Of a stretch of 64,000 bases of DNA, positions 12,401 to 23,619 are shown in pieces (the stretch's first letter is position 1; every line of letters starts with the position of its first letter). The DNA comes from Flaccisagitta enflata. Lineage: Eukaryota. The stretch is from positions 11,098,001 through 11,162,000 of the forward strand of contig OZ231126.1 of NCBI GenBank assembly GCA_965153355.1, in the 5' to 3' direction. The translations under genes were made by a program, and so were the position numbers. Under the pieces are notes generated by a model. It searched no databases and had not been told where the DNA came from. It was given only the letters and a program-made list of their open reading frames with translations.

Positions 12401-12867
12401 TCCATTATCTCTTCTGTTAATTCTCCAAATTCATTTTCACTATCCTCCTTTCTGACTCTTGACTCCTGTTTGCCATAATAAACTCCAATGTACAACGGAC
12501 ATTGGTTTTTTCGCCTGACACTTACCCAAATGAGCTCAATTTCTCTTCTAGTTTCATGGGGCGTGACATGTTCCATGAGGTCGTTTCTCACAAATATGCC
12601 TACTCCCCCACTCCCTTTGGTTTTGGTTTTCCGACCCTTTCCGCAAAATGAATATCCCTGAATTTGAATGTTTGACATGTCATTTAACATGGTTTCCGTG
12701 AACAGCGCTATTTGTGGCCGAGATTCCGTTAGAATATCTACAAGACATGGTATCTTACTTTTTATGCCTTGCGCATTTGCATATAAAATATTCCAGCGTT
12801 GATGGTAATTTTTTCCGTATCTTCTGTGTCGAGTTTTGGCTGGTTGATGGAATCCCGGCTTTACAAC
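9469..12867 (-). CDS. ORF2: APE endonuclease + reverse transcriptase + C-terminal CCHC-like motif
   Basis: The frame is open 59 codons upstream of the annotated Met (12690) up to the ORF1 stop and contains ILYANAQG and LFTET. APE motifs MDANA and SDHN; RT motifs FFDVQKAYD, KQGG and LEWVDD; C-terminal CKECNEVDDESHRINVC. Confidence 0.95.
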   Translation of the reverse strand, partial: VVKPGFHQPAKTRHRRYGKNYHQRWNILYANAQGIKSKIPCLVDILTESRPQIALFTETMLNDMSNIQIQGYSFCGKGRKTKTKGSGGVGIFVRNDLMEHVTPHETRREIELIWVSVRRKNQCPLYIGVYYGKQESRVRKEDSENEFGELTEEIMELKQNGDVIIVMDANAKIGILGEKVSRNGKFLLNMIEEIPLVNMNLSEKCAGSVTRVNRKKPSEKSAIEFVLSCQEAENLFEAIEIDEEGKYTMHSDKAASDHNTISISLNFHNVDRYQLAPVSKWNTNPSEKARDTFVHELANFEQKSKEMIFNTEMSTDERYGKWFSELSKIISRTIGKKTVKTSRPEKFSESVKILREEKRALKKEISEESDNQAKNQLKARYIDKQKQTRELIKKEREIRIKDKFEKMMSDKSRKTYWNEIKDGNKKPPSSWITIKDADGRRLTDPRDSKEWAASYYEGLFKKQDIPYHPYHDIVTSSINAYEQDFSHDDEEYNECPTFTEIKNAIQKKKNGKSTTDIPNEILKYGEDEMAKVIYHVFRMFWLDEVAPSLWNEGLISSLWKGKGDKEKLEFHRGITVSSSISMIPEEIIHNRMRSVIKLTQAQGGGKKGSATRDHVFLLRSVISTCLKQKRKIFVTFFDVQKAYDHADPDDMLYIAWNSGLKGKIWRLTKLLNTDLTARIHTRYGKTRKIEREIGGKQGGKIMTFLFAKLMDTLAEDLQNEPELGININDILLAVLEWVDDVVSFAENHEQQMKTLEFINEFALKHKHCWGPDKCKVMQIGAENDPSTKWKLGSTEITSTNQYTYLGDIISADGGNAKNLEHRKMKLQAVTRKVLASSQIDVLQGMGTKTILQLHETYTISAVLTNCETWILTKTDRNKLDKMEIWAYKKLLGLPITTPTAAIIFETRSMFMSIRVINRQLKYLHILLSRDDADWYKTSLLYQIGNDLGWGAYIVKILDECEISLTIEEIKHKKKSEWWHVVECATRCLNSKMILDSCRGKGKMRTKTLKISQALEHDLDLHDYKHNELFTSPKKTVKLIIMARYGMLNCAKNFKNKYGSDLCKECNEVDDESHRINVCERWKHVNLCNGGYSIDFNAVYSEETGTIRQISRLLRSVWNIENGKNEIQVKDTV

Positions 12868-14631
12868 TCAGTTTAGAGTACTCACTTTTTGCAGAATTGC
12901 ATGAGTAGACTTTGTTAGCTCAGTGATGGCATTCATGAGCGTTTGCTCTGATGATGGCTTTTCTTGCATCAGTATAGATGGTTGGTTGAGGCGAGAGGGC
13001 TGAGATGGATCTCTGTTGTGAGGCTGTGCATAGATGCTTCTTTTGATATTTCTTGCCACATGTTTGAAGGCAACGTCAGTGTAGTGTATGCCATTCAGCA
13101 TTATTGACCTCAATTTCTTTGTATTTCTGTCAAAAAGCTCCTGATTGTCGATGAAAGAGTATTTGGGTTTGCAACTTTCTGCATATTCTTTCAACTTATT
13201 GTTCAAGTTGATCTCATTTTGAGATACTGATGCTACCGCGCTAACATGAATATGCGCATTTGGGAAGGCCTTTGTATAGATGTCGCATACGTCTTTGTGT
13301 TTAGCAAACGTTTTTTCAGAGGACTCGTTTTTCAGGTCATTGAGGCCACACGCTACGACCACGTCTTTGACTTTTTCCGGGTCTTTAACTTTTGGAATGT
13401 CGATTTTTGCTTTGTCTAGCGTGTATCGTCGCCGTTTCAAAACTTTTTTCTTGTGGTGCAACTTTTCAGGTTCTAAAGCATTACCATTAGAATCGTGTAC
13501 AACTAGAATGTCAGCCTCTCTGAGGTGGTTTTGATCATTTTCATTCTCATTCTGTCGCTCTTCAGGCTCGTCGCATCTCACATGGTATTCTGTGGTGCTT
13601 CTTGTCTGGGCTTGGGACTCGATTTTGTTCTCCAAGTTGCCAATCTTATTTGCCATGTCCAGGAGAATGTCACTGCAGTTTTCTTGCCAGACTGTTGTCG
13701 TTTGGTTTTGTTGAGTTCCATTACTGTTGCTTGGAGCAGAGGCTGTTTTTTCGACAAGTTGGGAAACTGTAGCTTTTATCTCCTTGACTTCCACATTTGT
13801 CGCTTTGACTATCTCTTTTAAGTCAGTCATGGATTCGGCGAGATTTTCATACCTTTTCAGGATGATTGCACAATTGTTGCTCAATGTCTCATTGAGTTCA
13901 GATAATCCTTCGTTTTGCTGTCTGAGTTCCATGATTTCAGAATCTTTGCTCTGAATGACCGTCTGAACGAGATTTGTACAGATTTTTTCCAATGTCGTTT
14001 TGATGGAAGATTGTTGTTGAGTATGTTGGGCAATCATATTCAAACTCTGATCCAATTCGTCATCTGCAAACAAATCATCTTGAGATTCGATGTTTGTTTT
14101 TTCTATTTCGTTATTCTGATTTGGGATTTCCGATCGTTTTGGCTCATGTACGGTGATGATTTTGTTGGCGCCGCTTTTGAGCAAGTCTCTTACTTTCCTG
14201 GTCAAACTGTTGTTATGATCCGATGAACTCGCATCTTGACCGGTTCGAAATGTGTCATCCTCGGTTACTGTGCTACCGGTATCGTCTGTTTCATTTGAAT
14301 CACTGGTTAGATCGAAATCAGCGAGATCACTGTCAGTGGCTGAAATACGGTGACTTGAATTCAAAAGTGGCGGAGATTTATCCGGAGGTTGATTTGAAAC
14401 ATTAGTTTTTGCAATACATTCATCTGGATTTTCTTGAAACTCTTGCGCCGTAATCTTTATGGCTTCCGGATCAACATTATTGCCATTTGCATAGTCACAA
14501 ATGCTGTTTCGTAAAACGTCGACAGTTCCTTCAATCGGTAATCCGTTTACATGGCATATATATCGCAGGCACTTGATATTCTTGTATGGGTGTGAGGTAA
14601 GAAACGATTTTAGCGCAGCGCCGATAGCCAT
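12868..14631 (-). CDS. ORF1 protein: coiled coil + SGNH/GDSL esterase-like domain
   Basis: 587 aa with a heptad-rich middle and SGNH-like blocks LVVHDSN, VACGLND and NGIHY. It lies directly upstream of ORF2. Confidence 0.85.
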   Translation of the reverse strand: MAIGAALKSFLTSHPYKNIKCLRYICHVNGLPIEGTVDVLRNSICDYANGNNVDPEAIKITAQEFQENPDECIAKTNVSNQPPDKSPPLLNSSHRISATDSDLADFDLTSDSNETDDTGSTVTEDDTFRTGQDASSSDHNNSLTRKVRDLLKSGANKIITVHEPKRSEIPNQNNEIEKTNIESQDDLFADDELDQSLNMIAQHTQQQSSIKTTLEKICTNLVQTVIQSKDSEIMELRQQNEGLSELNETLSNNCAIILKRYENLAESMTDLKEIVKATNVEVKEIKATVSQLVEKTASAPSNSNGTQQNQTTTVWQENCSDILLDMANKIGNLENKIESQAQTRSTTEYHVRCDEPEERQNENENDQNHLREADILVVHDSNGNALEPEKLHHKKKVLKRRRYTLDKAKIDIPKVKDPEKVKDVVVACGLNDLKNESSEKTFAKHKDVCDIYTKAFPNAHIHVSAVASVSQNEINLNNKLKEYAESCKPKYSFIDNQELFDRNTKKLRSIMLNGIHYTDVAFKHVARNIKRSIYAQPHNRDPSQPSRLNQPSILMQEKPSSEQTLMNAITELTKSTHAILQKVSTLN

Positions 14632-14659
14632 TCTTTTCTTGTATAATTTGTTTGATAGA

Positions 14660-14720
14660 GTAATCCGTTAAAAATGGTAATCCGTTATGACGAGTAATCC
14701 GTAAAAACAAGTAATCCGTT
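14660..14720 (-). promoter_or_regulatory. Four GTAATCCGT motifs at exact 17-bp spacing in the LINE 5' UTR (candidate internal promoter)
   Basis: TAATCC starts at 14661, 14678, 14695 and 14712. Confidence 0.45.
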
Positions 14721-14766
14721 TTAGAGAGATAACATGTAACGCTATTAATCAGAGAGAGTCAGAGAG

Positions 14767-14820
<54 letters not shown>

Positions 14821-15939
14821 ATCGATCAATGGCGGTTTTAGGTAGGCAAAACCTGCCCACGATTAGTAGTGAAAAATTGCCACACAATCTAACTTATCGA
14901 TTTCCTCGCACGGCTCTAGTCAACCCTCGTAATTGCCCCTGCCAACACGCAAGCGACTACTAATTGGCCGTGTATCCTGCCTTGTTTAAAAGCCTCATGA
15001 AAGGATTATCCAGCAAAAGAAAACAAGGTTAAGTAGGCTATCATAGGCGCCATTCAGAAAGTAGAATGAAAGCATTTCCAACTGACCAACCAACCAACTA
15101 AATAACCAACAGACACAACATCTTAAAGACATGCTCTTGCACGCGGAAAAAATACAGTGTTGCGTGTCCGCTAGAGTGGTCACAAAATAGGGTCAAATTT
15201 CAAATTTTTGCATAAGAAGGCTTGCATGTGACGGCAGAATCTGAAGGCTCACTGAAGGTTTAAAATGACAAATATTTTTCATCAAAACTAACATGATTAT
15301 TGTATAGTAGTACTTTAAATATGTCATCCGGGAAAATCTGAATGCAAAATTATGATCTATTGATGAATCATGAAAAAAATAACTTAAAAATTGATAATTG
15401 TTAGTTTAAAGGTTTTTTCTAATCTTTTAAAATTGTGAAGTATAAAGATTGAAAGTGAAATAGATGAAATGTATATATATCGCATATCTTATATGATTTA
15501 CACATTTCTAAAAGAAATATTCAATGAAGGTATTAAAAAAAACTGATATTTTTCAAACTATTTATTATTTATTATGAATTTTTGCTGACACCGAAAATCC
15601 CGCTTTTGCAAATGCACCGTCCTAATGCCAAAAGTTGTATACTTTCTTGCGGACACGCAACTCTATGAGAGGCTGTGTTTGTCCTTCAGTCCGTCTGTCT
15701 GTCCATCCGTTTATCCGTCCGTCCGTCCGTCCATCCCTCTGTCAAGCTCGAAAAAAGCATTTCTGTAGGGTTCAACTGAACTCTTCATCTTCCTCTACCG
15801 CATTGTTTTTAGCCGCAGACAAGTCATCTTGGTTGGTTGGTTGGTTGGTTGGTTGGTTTGTTGGTTGGTTGGTCGGTAGATCAGTCCATCTGTCACTCAG
15901 TTGTTCTTGGTAGTGCCAACCCGTCCACAGGGTAATCAG

Positions 15940-18790
15940 CAGACTGGGCCGTAGCACCCTTATGAAGGCAGATTGGCTACCAACAGCAGGGACTGGTTTC
16001 ATTCATCATAACAACAAGATTTGCCAAGTTTCATGACCATATGACCGATTTTACTCATGGCCGCCACCCCCCCTAAAATCCCAGCATGAGTGTTGTTGTG
16101 GTAAAAATTCCAACTTTGGGTCACTTTGGCCCCAAAATTAGGCCCTTTCAAATTTAAATTTTGACCTAAAATCCATGAGATTATAAAACTAGAGCTCAAG
16201 AGATAACTAGTGGTGCAATCCGCATGTTTTTATCTTAATTTGTTGAGATTTGAGAGCGTTTCAAAGATGAAAGGGTATGAGGGTCAAATTGCATCCTATT
16301 TTCAGTGGCAATTTTGAGATTTTTCACATATTTGAACATATTCTGGCTTTGGATGGACCAATCTGCATGAAATTGGTGATCAAATTGAAGAGTTTTTCCT
16401 GCTCTAGCTGATGGTAAAAAAATTTTTGATCGATTTTGCCCTCAATTTTTTTTATTGACTGTAAAAGCAGGTGTAAAAAAGTCGATTTTCTTGAAAATTG
16501 AGCAATTTTGGACAAAAAATTAGACCACTTCCGTTTTTTAAAAAGACTTAAAATCCATGAGCAAAATAAAGAGCTGCTCAAGAGCTAACTAGTGGTGCAA
16601 TTGGCATGTCAATATGTTTTTGCATTTAGATTTTACAGTACTTTGAAAATCAAAGGGTATGTCAAAATGACCATTTATGGTCACTTTGGCCGTTTTGGCC
16701 TCAATATGGAGTCACTTTGTTGTAGAAATCAATAAAAGAATCTGTGAGATTATAAAACTAGAGCTCAAGAGCTAACCAGTGGTGCAATCTGCATATTTCT
16801 ATCTTAATTTGTTAAGATTTTAGAGCATTTCAAAGAGGAAAGGGTAGGAAGGTCAAATCGCAGCTTAAATTTCAATGGCGATTATGACACTTTTCACTTA
16901 TGTCAATATTTCTCGGCTTTGGATGAACCAATCTGCATGAAATTGGTGACCAAACTGAAAAGTTTTTGCTGCTCTAGCAGATGGTAAAAGATTTTTTGAT
17001 CAATATGCCCCCCAATTTCTTTTAATGACCCTGGAAGCAGATGCAAAAAGTGTTTTTTTTTTTTTTTTTTTTGTAAATTGGGCAATTTTGGATAACAAAT
17101 TCGGCTACTTCCAATTCAATAATTGACCTAAAATCCATGACCAAAAGAGAGCATTTTTAGGATAAGGGAAGATGATGTATTTTGAGGTATGTTTTGCCAC
17201 AGTAATTTTGTCAGTTCACACATTACTCATTGTAAATTTGCTTCAGATGGACCAGTTGTCACAAAGTTGGTGACCAAAATGAAGAGTTTTTGATACTCTA
17301 GTTGATTGTAGGAAAAGTTTGGATCAATATGTCGCCCAAAAGTGTAAAGAGGCTCTCAAAGTTGAAAAAAAGAAAGAAATTAGTGCAATTTTTTCAAATT
17401 TTAGGATCAAATAAAAAAGTCATTTCCTATTTGAAAAGTGACTATAAATAAGTGGACGGACAGATTAGCCCAAAATGACAAAAATTAGCAAAACTTTCAT
17501 TTTATCATACCAACTGTTCTTCGAAGCTCTAATAAATCTCTATGCTTCAACATATTGAGATGCCGATTGCACCACTGGTTAGCTCTTGAGCTGTAGTTTG
17601 ATTTGCTTATGAATTTCTTGTCTTTTTCTAGCTCGGAAGCACCAAAATTTTGTGACAAAAGTAACCAAATGGGCATAAAAATACTCTTTTAAGCACCTGC
17701 TTATACAGTCTCCAAAACATTTGAGGGTCATATTGAGCAAAAATTTTACCAGAATCAGTTAGAGCATCAAAAAATCTTCAATTTGGTCACCAATTTTATC
17801 CATATTTGTCCATCCAAAGCCGAGATATATAAAAAAATGTGAAATTTGTCAAATTTGACCCCCAAGTTAATTCGGTAAAATAACCATCATACCCTTCCAT
17901 CTTTGAAATGCTCTCAAACTTAAACAAAAAATGATAGCAACATGCGGATTGCACCACTGGTTAGCTCTTGAGCTCTAGTCTTATAATCTCACAGATTTTT
18001 CTATCGATTTCTGCGGCAAAGTGAACCCAAATTGAGGCCAAAACGGCCAAAGTGACCATAAATGGTCATTTTGACATACCCTTTGATATTTGAAGTTCTG
18101 TAAAATCTAAATGCAAAAACATATTGACATGCCGATTGCATCACTAATTAGCTCTTGAGCAGCTCTTTATTTTGCTCATGGATTTTAAGTCTTTTTTAAA
18201 AATGGTCTAATTTTTTGTCCAAAATTGCTCAATTTTCAAGAAAATTGACTTTTTTGCACCTGCTTCTACAGTCAATAAAATAAATTGAGGGCAAAATCGA
18301 TCAAAAATTTTTTTACCAACAGCTAGAGCAGGAAAAACTCTTCAATTTGATCACTAATTTCATGCAGATTCGTCCATCCAAAGCCAAAATATGTTCAAAT
18401 CTGGGAAAAATGTCAAAATTGCCACTGAAAATAAGCTGCAATTTGACCCTCATACCCTATCATCTTTGAAATGCTCTCAAATCTCAACAAATTAAGATAA
18501 AAACATGCGGATTGCACCCCTAGTTAGCTCTTGAGCTCTAGTTTTATATTCTCATGGATTTTAGGTCAAAATTTAAATTTGAAGGGGCCTAATTTTGAGG
18601 CCAAAGTGACCCAAAGTTGGAATTTTTACCACAACAACCCTTATGCTGGGATTTTAGGGGGGGTGGCGGCCATGAGTAAAATCGATCATATGGTCATGAA
18701 ACTTTGCAAATCTTGCTGTTATTATGAATGAAGCCAGTCCCTGCTGTTGGTAGCCGATCTGCCTTCATAAGGGTCCTATGGCCCAGTCTG
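15940..18790. mobile_element. hAT-like foldback element with ~1-kb inverted arms
   Basis: 8-bp TSD GTAATCAG (15932-15939, 18791-18798) and termini CAGACTGGGCC/GGCCCAGTCTG. Mirror ORFs 15999-16199(-) and 18531-18731(+) are near identical. Confidence 0.92.
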
Positions 18791-19036
18791 GTAATCAGGG
18801 TATACAACCTTATTCTGCCTGTATTTTTCAATTTTTCCTTTCATTCACCTTCTCTTTCTTTATCTTTTTCTTTCTTTTTTTATTCTTCTCCTTTTCCATC
18901 TCCCTCTTCTTCTTCTTCTTCTTCTTCTTCTTCTTCTTCTTCTTCTTCTTCTTCTTCTTCTTCTTCTTCTTCTTTTTCTTCTTCTTTTTGTTCACCTCCT
19001 TTTCATCTTCATCTTTTTCTTTGCTACGATGTTTTT

Positions 19037-19429
19037 TTAGTCGCGGACACGCGACTACACCTTGCCGTGTTGGTTGGTCCGTCGCACCTTGATCTGGCGG
19101 CTTAGAAAAACCCGAGATGAATCTAGCGTGTTTCAATAGCTTAATTTACATGAAAAGCATACTTCTAGTTAACCCAGTAAGATGAAATTTTAACTGAAGC
19201 TCTGCAAAACCATCGGCTTTCTTGATGTAAAATTTCATCCCACTTAGGCAACTAGAAGTATACTTTTCATGTAATTTAAGCTATTTAGATTCATCTTGGG
19301 TTTTTCTCAGCCCCCAGATCAAGGTGCGTCGGTCTGTCCATCCATCACATTTCTGAATTGCAAGCGGTTTTTGCATTACTGCTCCTGCCCAACCGTCCGC
19401 GCCTGTCTTGCCGTGTATCCGGCCTTGTT
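19037..19429 (+). mobile_element. HINE-like element, family B, interrupted by a MITE
   Basis: TAGTCGCGGACACGCGACT ... GCCGTGTATCCGGCCTTGTT. Confidence 0.75.
19085..19326. mobile_element. Transib/RAG-like MITE with 12/12 RSS-like ends
   Basis: 5-bp TSD CGTCG (19080-19084, 19327-19331). Both ends read CACCTTG + 12 bp + AGAAAAACC. The element is almost fully palindromic. Confidence 0.85.
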
Positions 19430-20616
19430 CTCTCTTTCTTTCATTCTTCTTTTTCTTCTTCTTCCTCCTTCTCCTCCTCCTTCTCTTCTTCTTCTTCTTC
19501 TTCTTCTTCTTCTTCTTCTTCTTCTTCTTCTTCTTCTTCTTCTTCTACTACTTCTTCTTCGTTGCTTTTCCTTTGAGTGTATCTGTCTGAGTTTCTGTCC
19601 ATGTATTCCTGGTCATTCCGTAGAAGAAACTCGTACTGCAAAATTGTTGATTTGGGAGTGTGACAAGTGGTTGGACGAAATTATATCTTTGCATAGAAAA
19701 TGAAAAAATGGAAAAATGAAGAACATAGCCGCCTTCCAAATTCGATTGCGGAGAGGACTATGTTTTTTGATATGCAAAAAATGTGATTTTGTAGCTGTAA
19801 TATGATTTCGTCCACCAAAAATGATTTTTTCTAAGAATCTCAATTTCGCTTGTTTTCCAACAAGTTTCTGTCATTCTGATTGGTATTCTGGTCGTTATTT
19901 CAGGTGAAACGATATCACTAGGTGTTATTGCATATATCCCAAGCATCCAGGGAACTTTTTGCTGTCATACCAAGTTGAAATCCTTATTTTTTGTTCACTT
20001 TTTATTGAAATGCAAATTAACTTTGTGACTGCAAATGGCAACCAATACAACAAAATTCTGTCAGTAGGCGTCAATTCTGGCCCATGACAGCCCCTACCCA
20101 TACGCCTCAGTATGTGAATAGCACGCTGAAACAAAAAGAAAAATGAAAACATACATGGCTTGGAGGAAAAACTAGAGTTTGGAGTTTTTGACCAAATCAC
20201 CTAGTGGCATTTAACGTAAGTATATTCTGCAGTTTCTGCATACAAGAGTGCGTATAAGAAGAGTATTCAGTCTGAAATACGCATTTTAACGTTTTTTTAA
20301 GTTTCTCCACTAAAACTAAGTTTTCATATGAGAGAAGTTTCCCTAGAAGCTAGAATCTAACTGATATAACACATAATTAACTTTCTATGTGATGTAGTAA
20401 AAAATGTGTAGGTGAATTGGTGAAAACATTGATTTTTAGTCAGAATGACAGGAGACGGTGACAAACAAAATAAGTATTGTTGAATTAATTAGAGACATTC
20501 AACATTTTACGCATTAGATTTTTTTGCCAGTAAAAAAAAGTGTCACGGCACTCATCACTTATTCAAAAGCTATCTTGCTCATCACTGGTATTCGAATCAT
20601 TTCCTCTCTCTCTCTG

Positions 20617-20692
<76 letters not shown>

Positions 20693-20948
20693 TCACCGGA
20701 ATTTGCGAGGCGGTAATTCAATGATCGAAGAAATGGACCGCGACCGATGGTATTCTTTTCTCGGTTATTTCAATCTGTTTTATTATCACCCTAATCAATC
20801 GATATTTAGTGTAACTGGCTTTCGCCCTTCCACCTGGCCTCGAATTCTATCAATTTTTCTATCTGTCAGTCAGTCTGCCTGTCTGTCAGACTGTCTGTCT
20901 GTCTGTCGGTCGGTCGGTCGGTGAGTCGGTCGGTGAGTCGGTCGGTCG

Positions 20949-20992
<44 letters not shown>

Positions 20993-21074
20993 GCCTGTCT
21001 GTCTGCCTGTCTTCCTATCTGTCTATCCGTTTGTCGGAAAAAACTGTTTGTCTGCCTCTGTGCATCGGTTTGCT

Positions 21075-21169
<95 letters not shown>

Positions 21170-21841
21170 GATCTTGGTTGGGCGAATGGATCATTTGCCA
21201 CCTGTTTCTTTTACCTATTAAGCGTCATGAATTCCATGTAGCTTTTCTCATGTTTTTTTATGTTTGCGCTGAATAAGACTTCATTTACTTCTGTTAAACG
21301 CGTCACAAAAAACCAACGGGAAACTACAAAACAAATATTTCTTTAAAACCAAAGATGGTGGTATTCATCACATTTAGATTTTCATTTATTTTAATCTATT
21401 ACTGCGTTTTTTGTCATGAGAATGTTATTACGCCAGTGATAACAATTATTCCTGACTGGCAAAGTAATGTATAAACGTTTTCTTTTACTTTTTTTATCAA
21501 TAACCTGGGCTGTGTCAGTCAGTCTGCATCAAGTTGTGTTTTCTCATTTCTTTGAGAGTGGCTTTTTTTCATCAATGCTTTGATCAAAAAACCAAAATCG
21601 CTTTTGCATCTATGCCCTTACATACCCGCATATGATTAAAGGACTTTAAGAAAAAAATATGACCTGTCATCTAAATATCTTTCCAGAAACATCCTCTTGT
21701 AGTTTATTTGTAGCTTCACCATATCACTTTGGGAATTGATGCTTATAGGATGTAAACATAGAAATATTACCAAGGATCTCTTGTTATTCTTTGCTTATGT
21801 GTTGAATCATCTGTGTCTCTGTGTCTGTCTCTGTGTCTCTG

Positions 21842-21935
<94 letters not shown>

Positions 21936-23619
21936 CTTCCCCCTCTTCCTCCTCTTCCTCCTCCTCCATCTGAAAAAAACTGAAACCGGACACGCATTTT
22001 GGCGTCAAATACATTTTTGCGTCACATCAGCAACTTCCGGTAGAGGTGGCGTATAAAAAAGCGTATAGGTAAACTCTAGGAAAAACGGTTTGAGAGCTCA
22101 TGCGGTCACCAAAATTGCAACGCCAAGTTGACCGTTTTTGTGCATTTTTTGTTCTTTTCTTGACATTTTCGCCCCATGTATACAGTTAAAACATCCTAAG
22201 ATGGTCAGATGTACCCCTGGGAGGTATTTTAGGAACCCTTAAACAAATTTTTGAGATGTTGGGTGGCTTTTGGCATCCATATCATATGCAAAATCATGGT
22301 GAGCTAAAGACTTTTTTACTGAAAAGTTAGCCGTCATAAATGTACCAAATGAAAAGGTTTTCCCACAAGTAGAGGTCTGAATTTGAAGGTTAAACCATGG
22401 CGGCAAACTATAGGCTTCCTATGGCAACAAAGAAGTCCCCATAGCAAGCCTATGGTTTTGCTGACAAGGTTTCTTGTTTGATTTCACACCCCAGCTTGTG
22501 AGAAATCCTTCTTTTATTGGACATTTGTACAAAGGGCTCAAGTATATCAATATATGAAATTTGACCCAATTCCGGACCACCCTAGTGTCCGCGTGGGATA
22601 AAGAATAGCGTTTTGGGCGTATAGATAGAATCTTTGAGCAAGAAGCAATGCAAAAAGTTTGTTCGCATAACATCGCAAACTAAACACAAGCGAAAAAGGA
22701 CATACAATGCATATGATACAAGCCTTGATATTCGAGCAGTATTACATTTTCGATTTAGTAGAGAGCATGATAGTTGGGAGAAGAAATGTCTCAAGCTGCA
22801 ATTTATCTATACAAAAAAGAAGAAAGCCTAAAATTGGATGAATACATAGCAAAAATGGAGAGAATGAGCTGAAATTTGCTAGAATTAGCTAGATTTACTA
22901 GAGGTTTTAAAGAAAATCACTAGATAATATGCAAGGAGATAAATTAGAAACTCTTGTCGCTAGGAGGACCCAGAATTCGCCAGAAGTAGCGACACTGTCT
23001 CTGATTTAGCAGCGAGATCGACTAAATTACTTTTTTTTTCTGGAGTTCATGTTCCGATTGAATTCATTTTTTAAATTGATTTGATATGAAAGAAAGAAGA
23101 GAGTGGAACATGGTTAACATATGCGCTGGTATCAATATTTTCTTTTTGAAATCAATGAATTGTTCTATAAACTACTGACAATGGTTGCTTTTAGTATCAA
23201 CGGGATTTGTTTGACTAATGTGCCGACTGCATTTGTTGAAATAGATTTTTTGTCAGTCTCCACCTTAAGATAACTCTAAAGTCACGAGAATCGCATGGGA
23301 ATCATACGCAGGATTTTTCTTTTTAATTTCACAATCGTAAAATTCGATCGAATCCATTTCATATTTCGTGTGGCCTGGCAAGGCTTTACTTGAAAGTGGA
23401 TTATTGCTGGCAGCTTGAAGTGCCTTCAACTTAAATACCTCTGATTCAGCGTTCAGCCTTTAGTACCCAAACCTTGCTTTTATCCGTAACACATTTTACT
23501 ACTTATACCTGTTACACCTTTAGGCCAGCCGGTCACGAGCCGGATTATTGCTGGCAAGTTGTTTGTAAAATAAGAGGCCGAGGTAAAACAAACGAGATCA
23601 TGGAGACCCGGTTAGATAT

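Larger units (their letters stand above)
9194..14749 (-). mobile_element. Full-length intact non-LTR retrotransposon (esterase-ORF1 type; RTEX/CR1/L2-like, clade unresolved)
   Basis: ORF1 and ORF2 intact. 3' tail (AAATGTTCT)3 at 9194-9220. Flanking direct repeat CAGAGAGAGTCAGAG(C/A)GAGTCAGAGA at 9171-9196 and 14750-14775. Confidence 0.95.
15172..22584. mobile_element. Non-autonomous hAT-like element with nested insertions
   Basis: Perfect 8-bp TSD GTGTCCGC (15164-15171, 22585-22592). Ends TAGAGTGGTC...GGGTCAAATTTC and GAAATTTGACCC...GACCACCCTA. Confidence 0.75.

Noticed and set aside
19560-20200. Transposase remnant inside the 7.4-kb hAT-like element
   Set aside because: No recognisable BED, DDE or hAT dimerisation motif in the frames read by eye.
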